From an uncultured Fibrobacter sp. (lineage in GTDB: Bacteria; Fibrobacterota; Fibrobacteria; Fibrobacterales; Fibrobacteraceae): DNA of 64,000 bases. A model generated the notes under the pieces. That model was not told where the DNA came from, made no database searches, and was given only the letters and a program-made list of their open reading frames with translations. The position numbers and the translations under genes are program-made. Shown here one piece after another: positions 1 to 8,304 of this stretch; position 1 is the stretch's first letter; each line of letters begins with the position of its first letter. The stretch spans positions 204-64,203 of the forward strand of contig CAZCRF010000006.1 of the NCBI GenBank assembly GCA_964501065.1, read 5' to 3'.

Positions 1-34
1 AAAGGAAAGAGCGTCAGCACGGCCCGTGCGGCGG

Positions 35-69
35 AACTAACAACTAAAAACTAACCACTGATAACTAAA
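35..69. repeat. Degenerate heptamer tandem repeat, 5 units, consensus AACTAA(C/A)
   Basis: Units read directly: aactaac aactaaa aactaac cactgat aactaaa. AT-rich island in GC-rich DNA. Confidence 0.7.
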
Positions 70-168
70 TAATGGCTTGCCCGAATGTTCGCCGAATTGT
101 GCAAGTTGCCGTGGTTCTTTTTGCTTCAGCAAATCTAGAACCATGTGCAATCCTGCTGCGACCAAACG

Positions 169-226
169 GTTCGTTTGACGAACACAAGCTGGTCGTGCCA
201 ACGACAAAGCCGTCCGTTTGACGGAC
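169..226. repeat. Two copies of a 15-bp hairpin-forming palindrome GTYCGT-TTG-ACGRAC
   Basis: GTTCGTTTGACGAAC at 169-183 and GTCCGTTTGACGGAC at 212-226. The two differences are mutually compensatory. Confidence 0.6.
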
Positions 227-272
227 AAGAGCCTCCGAGTGACGGCAGTAACCGCTGGATTGGAATCCGTGT

Positions 273-2618
273 TTAGTGGACTGTATTTCGGGCGGTGCGG
301 ATGCGGTAACCGGCATCGGAGAATTCAACGCTGACCGTGCCGAATTCCGACGTGTTCAGCAGGGGAATTTTCAAACTGTCCAGACGTTTTACGACTTGTC
401 CGTGCGGGTGGTGGAATCGATTTCGTCTCCCGTTCGATGCAATGGCGATATCGGGCGCAACGGCTTCGAGAAATTCCCGGGAGCTAGAAGTTTTGGAACC
501 GTGATGGCCGAGCTTTAAAATGTCCGTTTTGAGGGGAATGTCCGTGGAGAGGATTTCCTTTTCGCCTTCTTTCGTCAAGTCTCCCGTCAGGAGGATGGAT
601 CCGCCGATTCCGACGACGCGGAGAGTGACGCTTTCTGAATTGGTCTCGCCACAGACGAGCGGGTCTGGGTGCAAGACGCGCATTTCCCATTCTTCCGTTC
701 TTTGAAAATTTCGGTGGGACGTTTCCCGGAACACCATCCCGCGGTTCAAGTCTTGGACTGGCACGCCTTTTTTCATCGCCGTGGAAAGTGCCGCTTGCCA
801 TTCGGGTTTTTCCACAATGCGCGCGCATCCTTGAATCCAGAGGTTTTCGACGGGGAACTCCCTCAGCAAGACGGAAAGTCCGCTGTAATGGTCCAAATCC
901 GGGTGCGTGATGATGATGCCCTTCAGTTTCCAAATGCCGGATTCCTGTAAAAAAGGGATGATTTTGTCGTTTGCGACATTCCGCTTTCCCTGGTTGACGC
1001 CGGCGTCGACAAGGTAGGCATCGCCTCCCGGAGTTTTGACGAAAATGCAATCGCCTTGCCCGATGTCGAGAACTTCGACTTTCCAGGACGGCCGGATTTT
1101 GGGACGGACGGAATTCCAGGTGAACGATGCGCCGAAGATGACGAGAATGGAGAGGACGATTCTCCTCGCCCAGGGATTCTTGCGGAAAGCCCCGGCGGAA
1201 AGAATCAGGATGCCGCCTAGCAAAAGAATCCATGCGGGGAACGGCCCTACCGTGACGGACGCGATGGTGATGGCGGAAATCTTCTCCACGAGATAGGCGG
1301 ACACGCGGAAGAGGAATCCGGCGGCGGCGCAAAACGCTCCGGCAATGGGAGGGAACGGTAAGAGCAAGGCGAATATCCCCGCCTGCATGCCGAGGCTCAC
1401 TAGCGGCACCACGCAAATGTTCCCGAGAATGGAAATGGGCGAGAGCGAATGGAAAGACCAGATGAGGAACGGGGCTGTCGCCGCCGATGCGACAAGAGTT
1501 ATCCACACGGCGGAAAGGAGGTTGTTTTCGAAGAATTTCCAAAGGGGATTTTTCTTCAGCCGCTCGCTCTTCGCTGTAAACGGGGAGCGCTTTCCGTAGG
1601 CGATGATCCCGGCCGTCGCCGATGCGGAAAGTTGGAATCCGACATTCCAGAGAATTTGCGGATTGGAAAAGGTCAAGAAGAGAAGGGCGACTCCGAGGGA
1701 GTTCAAACTGTCCGCCTTGCGTTCAAGGAGGGACGCGATTTGTACGACAGAAAACATGAACACGGCCCGGTAAACTGCGGGGGAGCCGCCGGCGATGGGA
1801 GCGTAGGCCAGCATGAACAGGACGGCGACGCATTTGGCGACCCGGTGCGGCATCCGCGTCGCTTTGAGGAGCAAGAGGAGCATGCCGGAAAGTAGTACGA
1901 CATGGAACCCGCTGATGGCCAAAACGTGGACGATTCCCGCGCGTCGAAAACCGCTTTGCAGGGAATCCGGAATGCTCGAACGGTCTCCCGCCAAAAGTCC
2001 GATCAAAAGTCCCGTTTCCGCAGGGGGCAGGAATTTGGCGAAGTAATTCTTCAGCATTTTTCGCAGACGGGAGAAGCTCTCTTCGAAAATCCATCTGTGG
2101 CTTCGGACGGAAAATTCCTCCAACTTCCCGTAGCCCGAAAGTCTTTGGCTTGAAAGCCATTCCGGCGTATCGAAACTGCCGGGGACTGTGGGGGATTCCA
2201 CGGGGAACCACTTGGCCTTGTAGCGGATGGAATCCCCGGGCGATGGATAGGGTGGGGACTTTTTCGACAGGCGGAATCTTTGCCCGCTTTGGGAAACGAT
2301 GGCGGCGACCCCCTCGGCGCGGTCCAGTACAGATTCGACGAAGCCCGAGCCTTCTGCCTGCGGCGGATTGAAGTTTTCATCGGTGGGAACTGTCTTTGCG
2401 AGGAACAAGGATTCCGCTCCGAAGAGGAGCAGGAGAAAGAGGGAAGCCCTGCGCGGAAATGTCGGAATCTTTGCAAGGAAGAGTATCAAGAGGGGAATGA
2501 AAAAGATGCCGTAAAGGGGGTGCTTTGCGCTCGCCAAGAAAAGGACTGCGCAAAAGAAAGCGGAAACGGCGGGCCTTTCCGCCAAGGGGGCGAAGAACTT
2601 TTTTAAATCCTCTGACAT
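273..2618 (-). CDS. comEC: DNA internalization competence protein ComEC/Rec2 with C-terminal metallo-beta-lactamase domain
   Basis: HVLAISGFHV and GFQLSASAT competence-domain motifs. LDIGQGD, THPDLDHYSG, LLTGD and LKLGHHGSKTSS MBL motifs. Multiple TM segments. Confidence 0.95.
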   Translation of the reverse strand: MSEDLKKFFAPLAERPAVSAFFCAVLFLASAKHPLYGIFFIPLLILFLAKIPTFPRRASLFLLLLFGAESLFLAKTVPTDENFNPPQAEGSGFVESVLDRAEGVAAIVSQSGQRFRLSKKSPPYPSPGDSIRYKAKWFPVESPTVPGSFDTPEWLSSQRLSGYGKLEEFSVRSHRWIFEESFSRLRKMLKNYFAKFLPPAETGLLIGLLAGDRSSIPDSLQSGFRRAGIVHVLAISGFHVVLLSGMLLLLLKATRMPHRVAKCVAVLFMLAYAPIAGGSPAVYRAVFMFSVVQIASLLERKADSLNSLGVALLFLTFSNPQILWNVGFQLSASATAGIIAYGKRSPFTAKSERLKKNPLWKFFENNLLSAVWITLVASAATAPFLIWSFHSLSPISILGNICVVPLVSLGMQAGIFALLLPFPPIAGAFCAAAGFLFRVSAYLVEKISAITIASVTVGPFPAWILLLGGILILSAGAFRKNPWARRIVLSILVIFGASFTWNSVRPKIRPSWKVEVLDIGQGDCIFVKTPGGDAYLVDAGVNQGKRNVANDKIIPFLQESGIWKLKGIIITHPDLDHYSGLSVLLREFPVENLWIQGCARIVEKPEWQAALSTAMKKGVPVQDLNRGMVFRETSHRNFQRTEEWEMRVLHPDPLVCGETNSESVTLRVVGIGGSILLTGDLTKEGEKEILSTDIPLKTDILKLGHHGSKTSSSREFLEAVAPDIAIASNGRRNRFHHPHGQVVKRLDSLKIPLLNTSEFGTVSVEFSDAGYRIRTARNTVH

Positions 2619-2674
2619 GCTTCTTTTTCCTATTTTTTGTCTATTTTGAAAACGTTTCTAGGGATAACGCTCCG

Positions 2675-3934
2675 ATGAATTCAATGAAGAACTTTTTTTT
2701 CGCTTTTCTCGCTGTTCTTTTGGCGGGCTGCGGCCTGTTCGATTCGCAGTCCGGCGGGGAAACCTACGCCTATCCCTTGGATTTGTCCTATTCCCTTTAC
2801 GCGAACGATTTGGCGAAGAACGATTCCGCAGCGGCGAACCTCGCTACGGGAGTCATGATGATGGTGCATCCGGGCGCGTCCTACACCCTTTCGTTCGATG
2901 TCGACCCCAATTTTTCCCCACCGGATTTGGAACTTTACCGGTTGACGCTCAAGTCGGACAGCATTTACTTGGGGAATCGGACGCGGAAGATTTCTCCGGA
3001 GGATTCTCTCGGGCGTTGGATTTACCGGTTCGATTGCGGCGAAGAGGAGCGCAGTTATTGGGCGGCGACCCTTTCGAACGGGAAGGATTATTACGCAGGG
3101 AAAGTGAACGGCATCGCCTTTTCCGGGGAAGGGGAAAATAGTCTCCACTTCAGCCTGAACCTGATTGTCGTCGGAGAATACGGAGGGACGGCGGACAGCG
3201 TTCCCCTCGATTCCCTCTCGCGTCTGATGCTTTTTAAATTCCGGGATGCCTTTGCGAAGAACGGAGTCTTTGTCGATACGATTTTCGTCCACCGGGCGTC
3301 GGAACGGACAGATTTGGAAACGGTTTATCCGGACAACAAGCCTTGGCTCGCCGGAAGGTCAAGCCCGGATCTTTTCCTTTCGGAGCTTGGCGGCTGGCCG
3401 GAAAGTTTGGGGGAGCCGGGCGTGTTCGATGCGTTGGACTTGGTGCTTGTCCATCGGATTGAAAGCGCGGGGGTGCTCGGGTATTCCATCTTCTTCGGCG
3501 GCAGCCTCGGCGGCGGAGAGGGGAGCACGGTCGTCGTGGGAACTCATTACACCCTAGGCGGCATCGGGGAATATTCCCAAACGGCGCAAACCATCGCGGA
3601 AACGGCTGTTCACGAAAGCGGCCACTTCTTTGGACTCAGGCACACGACTTCGACAGTTTCGGATATCGAATCGACCGGTGACGCATCCAACGTGGAAGAC
3701 GGCATCGAAGACACCCCCTACTGCGGAAAAGTCATCTTGGCGAAGACCGCCGCCTTGGAATCCCGCGCCCCGAAACCGTTCGTCTCGTTCCCCCGCACCG
3801 TTCTCTTCAAATCGGGAGAATGCCCGGACGCCCACAACCCGATGTTCCCGACCGCCTCGGACGGGACTCTCGAACCTTTCACCGATGGGCAGCTTTCCCT
3901 TTTCCGAAAGAATCTGGCCCTTTACCCGCACTGA
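2675..3934 (+). CDS. Lipoprotein zinc metalloprotease, metzincin (M43/pappalysin-like)
   Basis: Lipobox LLAGC after MNSMKNFFFAF (start moved to ATG 2675). HESGHFFGLRH = HExxHxxGxxH, followed by DGIEDTP and an NPMF Met-turn. Confidence 0.8.
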   Translation: MNSMKNFFFAFLAVLLAGCGLFDSQSGGETYAYPLDLSYSLYANDLAKNDSAAANLATGVMMMVHPGASYTLSFDVDPNFSPPDLELYRLTLKSDSIYLGNRTRKISPEDSLGRWIYRFDCGEEERSYWAATLSNGKDYYAGKVNGIAFSGEGENSLHFSLNLIVVGEYGGTADSVPLDSLSRLMLFKFRDAFAKNGVFVDTIFVHRASERTDLETVYPDNKPWLAGRSSPDLFLSELGGWPESLGEPGVFDALDLVLVHRIESAGVLGYSIFFGGSLGGGEGSTVVVGTHYTLGGIGEYSQTAQTIAETAVHESGHFFGLRHTTSTVSDIESTGDASNVEDGIEDTPYCGKVILAKTAALESRAPKPFVSFPRTVLFKSGECPDAHNPMFPTASDGTLEPFTDGQLSLFRKNLALYPH

Positions 3935-3936
3935 AT

Positions 3937-4464
3937 ATGGCAAGTCCGAAACAATTTTCCGAACGCGCGACCCTCATTGCCTTTGTATTGCTCCGTGGTG
4001 CGGAGTGGCCCTTTGGCGTGCAACGGGCTTTGGAGGAAACCTGGGGGCCGGTCAGACATTGGGGTCGCCTTTTCGCCTTTGACAAGACGGACTATTATGC
4101 GCCGGAGATGGGGGAGGGGCTTTATCGGGGAGTCCTCTCCTTCGAAAAGACAGTGCTCCCTCAGGAAATCGGCCGGGAAAAGGAAGTCTCGAACGCCTTG
4201 GAAGCGGAGCTTTCTAGCTCGAACGAATCCCGGAACGTCAACATCGACATCGGCTACATGGATTTGGACAAGGTCGTCCTGCCCTCTTACAAGCGCGGCC
4301 CCTTCAAGCTCTACGCGGGGGACGGGCTGTGGCTGGACATGATTCTGCATTATGCGAAGGGGAAATTCTCGCCGACTGCATGGGCGTTTGAAGACTTCCG
4401 CCGAAATCCCTACGAACGCGATTTGTTGCTCATCCGCGAAAAGTATAAAAAGGCGATGCGCTGA
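3937..4464 (+). CDS. DUF4416 family protein
   Basis: FDKTDYYAPEMGEGL and RNVNIDIGY motifs typical of DUF4416. ATG lies 2 nt after the upstream stop. Confidence 0.8.
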   Translation: MASPKQFSERATLIAFVLLRGAEWPFGVQRALEETWGPVRHWGRLFAFDKTDYYAPEMGEGLYRGVLSFEKTVLPQEIGREKEVSNALEAELSSSNESRNVNIDIGYMDLDKVVLPSYKRGPFKLYAGDGLWLDMILHYAKGKFSPTAWAFEDFRRNPYERDLLLIREKYKKAMR

Positions 4465-4487
4465 AGCTCGCCCTCGGACAAGAGATT

Positions 4488-4907
4488 TTACTGTGGGGAA
4501 ACTTCGAGTTCGACAGCAGGGGCGGCCGCCGGTTGCATCTGTTTTTGGGAAAGGGCCTTGTAGGTCGTCGAATCGATGCGCTTGTATCCGGTGACGATGC
4601 TTGCAAATTCGTAGAAGGCGGAATCCCCCTTGACGCGCATGGCGATGGGCATCTGTTCCGAATTCATCCCCTTGAGGACGCTGTCTCCTTCAATGCCCGC
4701 GTGCAAGTCGCCGAAAATGTTCCGAATCGTGTAATCGTTTTTCCCCGGAGCAGTCTGGAAGACTTCGAAGACATCTTCGTCGGAACCTTGCCAATAGCCG
4801 GTGAAGACGGGCTTTTCCGTCTTTTGGGAGCAGGCGGAAAAAAGGAGGGAAGCGCTCATGGCGGCGATTGGGGCTAGGGCGAAAATTCTTTTCATCGGGG
4901 TCTCCAT
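4488..4907 (-). CDS. Hypothetical lipoprotein
   Basis: Signal peptide ending LFSAC. Fills the gap between convergent and divergent neighbours. Confidence 0.75.
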   Translation of the reverse strand: METPMKRIFALAPIAAMSASLLFSACSQKTEKPVFTGYWQGSDEDVFEVFQTAPGKNDYTIRNIFGDLHAGIEGDSVLKGMNSEQMPIAMRVKGDSAFYEFASIVTGYKRIDSTTYKALSQKQMQPAAAPAVELEVSPQ

Positions 4908-4949
4908 CTTTTGATGGCAAGAAAAATAATAAATTTCGATGCGGAAAAT

Positions 4950-4957
4950 TATTTTTG
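4950..4957 (+). promoter_or_regulatory. Putative Bacteroidota-type -7 promoter element TATTTTTG
   Basis: Matches TAnnTTTG, 6 nt before ATG 4964, in an AT-rich divergent intergenic region. Confidence 0.4.
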
Positions 4958-4963
4958 GACGCG

Positions 4964-5380
4964 ATGCGGTCGATGCGATTTCTTTTTCTTTGCCTTTTTA
5001 CTGTCGCCAGTGCGAAGTGGAGCGAAGGGGACGTGCACCGTCTGTTATTGAAAAGGACAGCCCAGAAGCCGGGGGTTGCCATGGGGAAGCTCGAAAGTTC
5101 CATGGATTCGGCGGGGATAGTCGTCGTCGCGGAGTATCACAAGGTGATGGGGGATTCCTACACGCCGACAATCACCAGTGCGAACGACTACGCTTTTCAC
5201 AAGCGGTTCTCAAAGCATTATTTGAACCGCGCTCTGGATTTCCGGATTGTGGACGTCCCTCCGTTGAAGCGGGCCGCTTTGGTGTCCGCTGTCCGAAAAG
5301 CCTTGGGAAGCCGCTTCCTGGTGCTCTGGGAGGGGGCCGGAAAGCCGAACGAGCATCTGCACGTGGAACTTCTCGATTGA
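4964..5380 (+). CDS. Exported peptidase M15-like (Hedgehog/DD-peptidase fold) protein
   Basis: Signal peptide MRSMRFLFLCLFTVASA. ITSAND, SKHYLNRALDFR (HxxxxxxD) and EHLHVE (HxH) zinc-ligand motifs. Confidence 0.7.
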   Translation: MRSMRFLFLCLFTVASAKWSEGDVHRLLLKRTAQKPGVAMGKLESSMDSAGIVVVAEYHKVMGDSYTPTITSANDYAFHKRFSKHYLNRALDFRIVDVPPLKRAALVSAVRKALGSRFLVLWEGAGKPNEHLHVELLD

Positions 5381-5382
5381 CG

Positions 5383-6603
5383 TCACGGAGCGTCGGCGCA
5401 GCAGCGGAATCCGACGAAGTTGTATTGGTTCTGGGGATAGAAGCTGTATTTGGTGTCCGTGCACTTGCTTTCGTTTTGCGTTTCCCAGCTTCCGCCGGCG
5501 ACCAGGTAGCGGTTCGGCATTTCCTTGGCTTCGGTGTCCGTCCACTCCCAAAGGTTTCCGTTCATGTCGTACATGCCGTACCAGCTGCGGCATTGCTCCT
5601 TTCGCCCGGCGCGGCGCGCCGCCTTGGAATTCGTATTGCACTTGGACGGTTTGTAGGACGGCCCGTAGGAATAGCGGAATGAGTCCTTTCCCTTGCAGGC
5701 CGCGGACCATTCGTTGAATTTGCAGAGGCGTTTGCCCGCCTGTTTGCAGAGTTCCACGGCTTGGTCGTGAGAGACCATGTCCTTGACGACGGCGTCCGCT
5801 TCGTTCGGGTATTCGTAGGCGTCGACGCAGACCGTTTTGCCGCCTACGGGGACGGGATAGGCGTTCTTGCCGCACTGGTTGTCGCTCGCCATGTCGTAGT
5901 GGACGCTTTGCCATGCGGAGCGGTTCCCGGCGGAGTCTTCTGCGAAATAAAAGACGTCGCCCGTCTTGTTGTATTCGACGGGTTTCGAAAGTTCCTGGAC
6001 GTTGTTCGTGTCGCCTATTGAATAGAAGGTCTTGCACTTGTATTCATCGCATTTGACCTTGAGTCGAATCGGGTCGTAGTAACGCCCCGCCGGGGGGACG
6101 ATGCTCGCTTCCGGTGGGATGGAGTCCCGGTTCGCATAGGCGATGCTGTCCGCTCGGCGGAGGCTGTCTAGTTTTGCCAGGCTGTCGAGCTGTGCCTTTT
6201 TCGCCTTTTCCGCGCTGTCCTTGGCCGCTCTTTTCTCTTGGGCGATGCTGTCGCGGATTTCCTTCCTGCGTTTAGCCGCGCTGTCCCTCTTGCTTTTTTC
6301 TTCGGGGGAGAGCGGAGCTGAAATTTTTGACAGGCTGTCCTTGGGCAAGGTGTCGGTTTTGCTTGTCGTGTCGGCTTCGGGAATTCCCCGGGGGAGGCTG
6401 TCGATTGCCGTTTCGACGGCGGTTCCCGCTTGTTCCGTTTCCCGGGAGACCGACGTCCTGTTCGCCATTTGGGAAAGTTCGCATTGGATGAGGAACAGCA
6501 GCACGAGGAGGATGAGCATGATCGATAGAACGGTCACGCGTCTTTGAATCCTTTTCTTTTTCGCCTTTTCTTCGGGAGTCATGTTGTTCGGAGTCTCTTT
6601 CAT
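5383..6603 (-). CDS. Single-pass membrane protein with C-terminal FGE-sulfatase (SUMF1/EgtB/PvdO-like) domain and a small Ig/chitobiase-like module
   Basis: N-terminal TM and charged linker. PPAGRYYDPIRL module. VCVDAYEYPN, GMYDMNGNLWEWT and VGFRCC FGE-fold motifs. Confidence 0.85.
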   Translation of the reverse strand: MKETPNNMTPEEKAKKKRIQRRVTVLSIMLILLVLLFLIQCELSQMANRTSVSRETEQAGTAVETAIDSLPRGIPEADTTSKTDTLPKDSLSKISAPLSPEEKSKRDSAAKRRKEIRDSIAQEKRAAKDSAEKAKKAQLDSLAKLDSLRRADSIAYANRDSIPPEASIVPPAGRYYDPIRLKVKCDEYKCKTFYSIGDTNNVQELSKPVEYNKTGDVFYFAEDSAGNRSAWQSVHYDMASDNQCGKNAYPVPVGGKTVCVDAYEYPNEADAVVKDMVSHDQAVELCKQAGKRLCKFNEWSAACKGKDSFRYSYGPSYKPSKCNTNSKAARRAGRKEQCRSWYGMYDMNGNLWEWTDTEAKEMPNRYLVAGGSWETQNESKCTDTKYSFYPQNQYNFVGFRCCADAP

Positions 6604-7427
6604 GGAACGTTCCTTTTATTTTTGCCGGAGCCTTCGCCTTCGAACAGGTCGCGCCAATGGCGTTTGATTTCTTCTTCCACTTCCTTGACGCTGAGCTTTC
6701 GGCGGAGCGACGTGCGGTAGGCGATGGAGATGTAGCCCGTCTCTTCGGAGACGACGATGACCAGCGCGTCGCTTTCTGCGGCGAGGGCCTTTGCGGCGCG
6801 ATGGCGCATGCCGTAAGCGGAATCCTGTTCCGACGTGATGGCGGGGAGCGGGAGGATGCAGCCCGCGGCGACGATGCAGTGGCTGTTGACGATGACCGCC
6901 CCGTCATGCAACGCTGAATTCGGGAAGAAGAGCGCCCGCAAGAGGCGCGAGCTTATCCGGGCGTTCAAAAGCTCCCCGGTGTCTGCGTAATTTCGCAGAC
7001 CGACGCGTTTTTCGAGGACTATCAGCGCACCGAACTGGTTCTTCGCCAAGTCCTGCACTGCGGTGCCGATTTCCTTCGCCACTTTGTCGAGTCCGCTTTC
7101 GTGGAAAAATAGAGTCTTGAGGTTCATCCGGGCGACGGATTGCCCGATTCGGGTCAAAGCTCCGCGAATTTCGGGTTGGAAGAGGATGACAAGGGCGATG
7201 ATGCCTAGAGTCGCCAAGTTGCTGAGCAACCATACGATCGTGTGCAAGTCCCACCACTGCGCAAGGAACCAGATGATGAGCAGAAGTCCTCCGCCGATGA
7301 ACATTTGCACGGCCCGTGTTCCGCGGAACAAGAGGAATACATAATAGGCGACAATCGACACTAAAAAGATGTCGAGCAAGTCGGCGAAGCGTACGTCGAT
7401 GACTCCGAAAAGCTTAAACAGGTTCAT
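6600..7427 (-). CDS. cdaA: Diadenylate cyclase CdaA/DacA
   Basis: Three N-terminal TMs, FQPEIRGAL, LHDGAVI (DGA) and GMRHRAA (RHR) catalytic motifs. Confidence 0.95.
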   Translation of the reverse strand: MNLFKLFGVIDVRFADLLDIFLVSIVAYYVFLLFRGTRAVQMFIGGGLLLIIWFLAQWWDLHTIVWLLSNLATLGIIALVILFQPEIRGALTRIGQSVARMNLKTLFFHESGLDKVAKEIGTAVQDLAKNQFGALIVLEKRVGLRNYADTGELLNARISSRLLRALFFPNSALHDGAVIVNSHCIVAAGCILPLPAITSEQDSAYGMRHRAAKALAAESDALVIVVSEETGYISIAYRTSLRRKLSVKEVEEEIKRHWRDLFEGEGSGKNKRNVP

Positions 7428-8304
7428 GTCGGAAAGCCTTCAACAGGCAAAACGATTCAACGGCTTCGCGGACGTCGTGGACGCGGACTGCAGTCACGCC
7501 GGAAAGGGCGGTGAGAATTCCGGAGACGACCGTGGGAATCAGGCGGTCGCTCTTTTCTAAGCCGGGGATTTTCCCGATGTAGGACTTGCGGGACATTCCG
7601 TAGAGGACGGGGAACCCCGTTGCGACGAAGTCCGATGCGTGGGCAATCAGATCCAAGTTGTTCTGCAGATTCTTGCCGAATCCGATTCCCGGATCGAGGC
7701 AAATCGTCTTTTCGTCCGCGCCCAGTCCGGTGAGCTTTTCCGCTGCGCGGAGGAGGGAGTCCTTCACTTCGCAGACGACGTTCTCGTATGGAGAGAAGTC
7801 TCGCTGCATGGTGCCGAAGTTTCCGCGCATGTGGTTGAGTACGCTGGATGCCCCTGTCTCGGCGATGGTCTGCGCCATGTCCTTGTCGAATTCGAGCGCG
7901 CTGATGTCGTTGATGATGTGCGCTCCGGCCTTCATGCATTCGCGGGCGACTTCCGCCTTGACCGTGTCGATGGAAATCCAAAAGCGCCTGTGCGAGAGCA
8001 GCGGCACGAGCCTTTTGACAAGCGGCAAAACGCGTTCAAGTTCTTCTTTTGCGCTGACGGACTTTGCTCCGGGGCGGGAGCTTTCCCCGCCGATGTCGAT
8101 GATTTCCGCGCCTTCATCCAGGAGCTTCTGGGCGTGTGCGTAGGCGCTTTCCAACGTGTTGTGCGTTCCGCCGTCGAAGAAACTGTCCGGGGTGACGTTG
8201 ACGATTCCCATCACGGCGGGGACGGGCTTGCCGGATACGGAATCCGTCCCGATTTTCCACGGGTTCGCTTTTGACGTCTGCAAAATTTCACGGAACGGCA
8301 TCAT
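7414..8304 (-). CDS. folP: Dihydropteroate synthase
   Basis: [41 protein letters not shown] and RVHDV motifs. Confidence 0.97.
   Translation of the reverse strand: MMPFREILQTSKANPWKIGTDSVSGKPVPAVMGIVNVTPDSFFDGGTHNTLESAYAHAQKLLDEGAEIIDIGGESSRPGAKSVSAKEELERVLPLVKRLVPLLSHRRFWISIDTVKAEVARECMKAGAHIINDISALEFDKDMAQTIAETGASSVLNHMRGNFGTMQRDFSPYENVVCEVKDSLLRAAEKLTGLGADEKTICLDPGIGFGKNLQNNLDLIAHASDFVATGFPVLYGMSRKSYIGKIPGLEKSDRLIPTVVSGILTALSGVTAVRVHDVREAVESFCLLKAFRHEPV

Noticed and set aside
169-226. Mini-CRISPR array
   Set aside because: Only two 15-bp units, too short for CRISPR repeats, and no cas genes.
37-328. Short ORFs 37-228 and 65-328 (minus) and a 49-codon ORF from ATG 72 (plus)
   Set aside because: No motifs or convincing initiation signals. 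The region is better explained as repeat- and hairpin-rich intergenic DNA.
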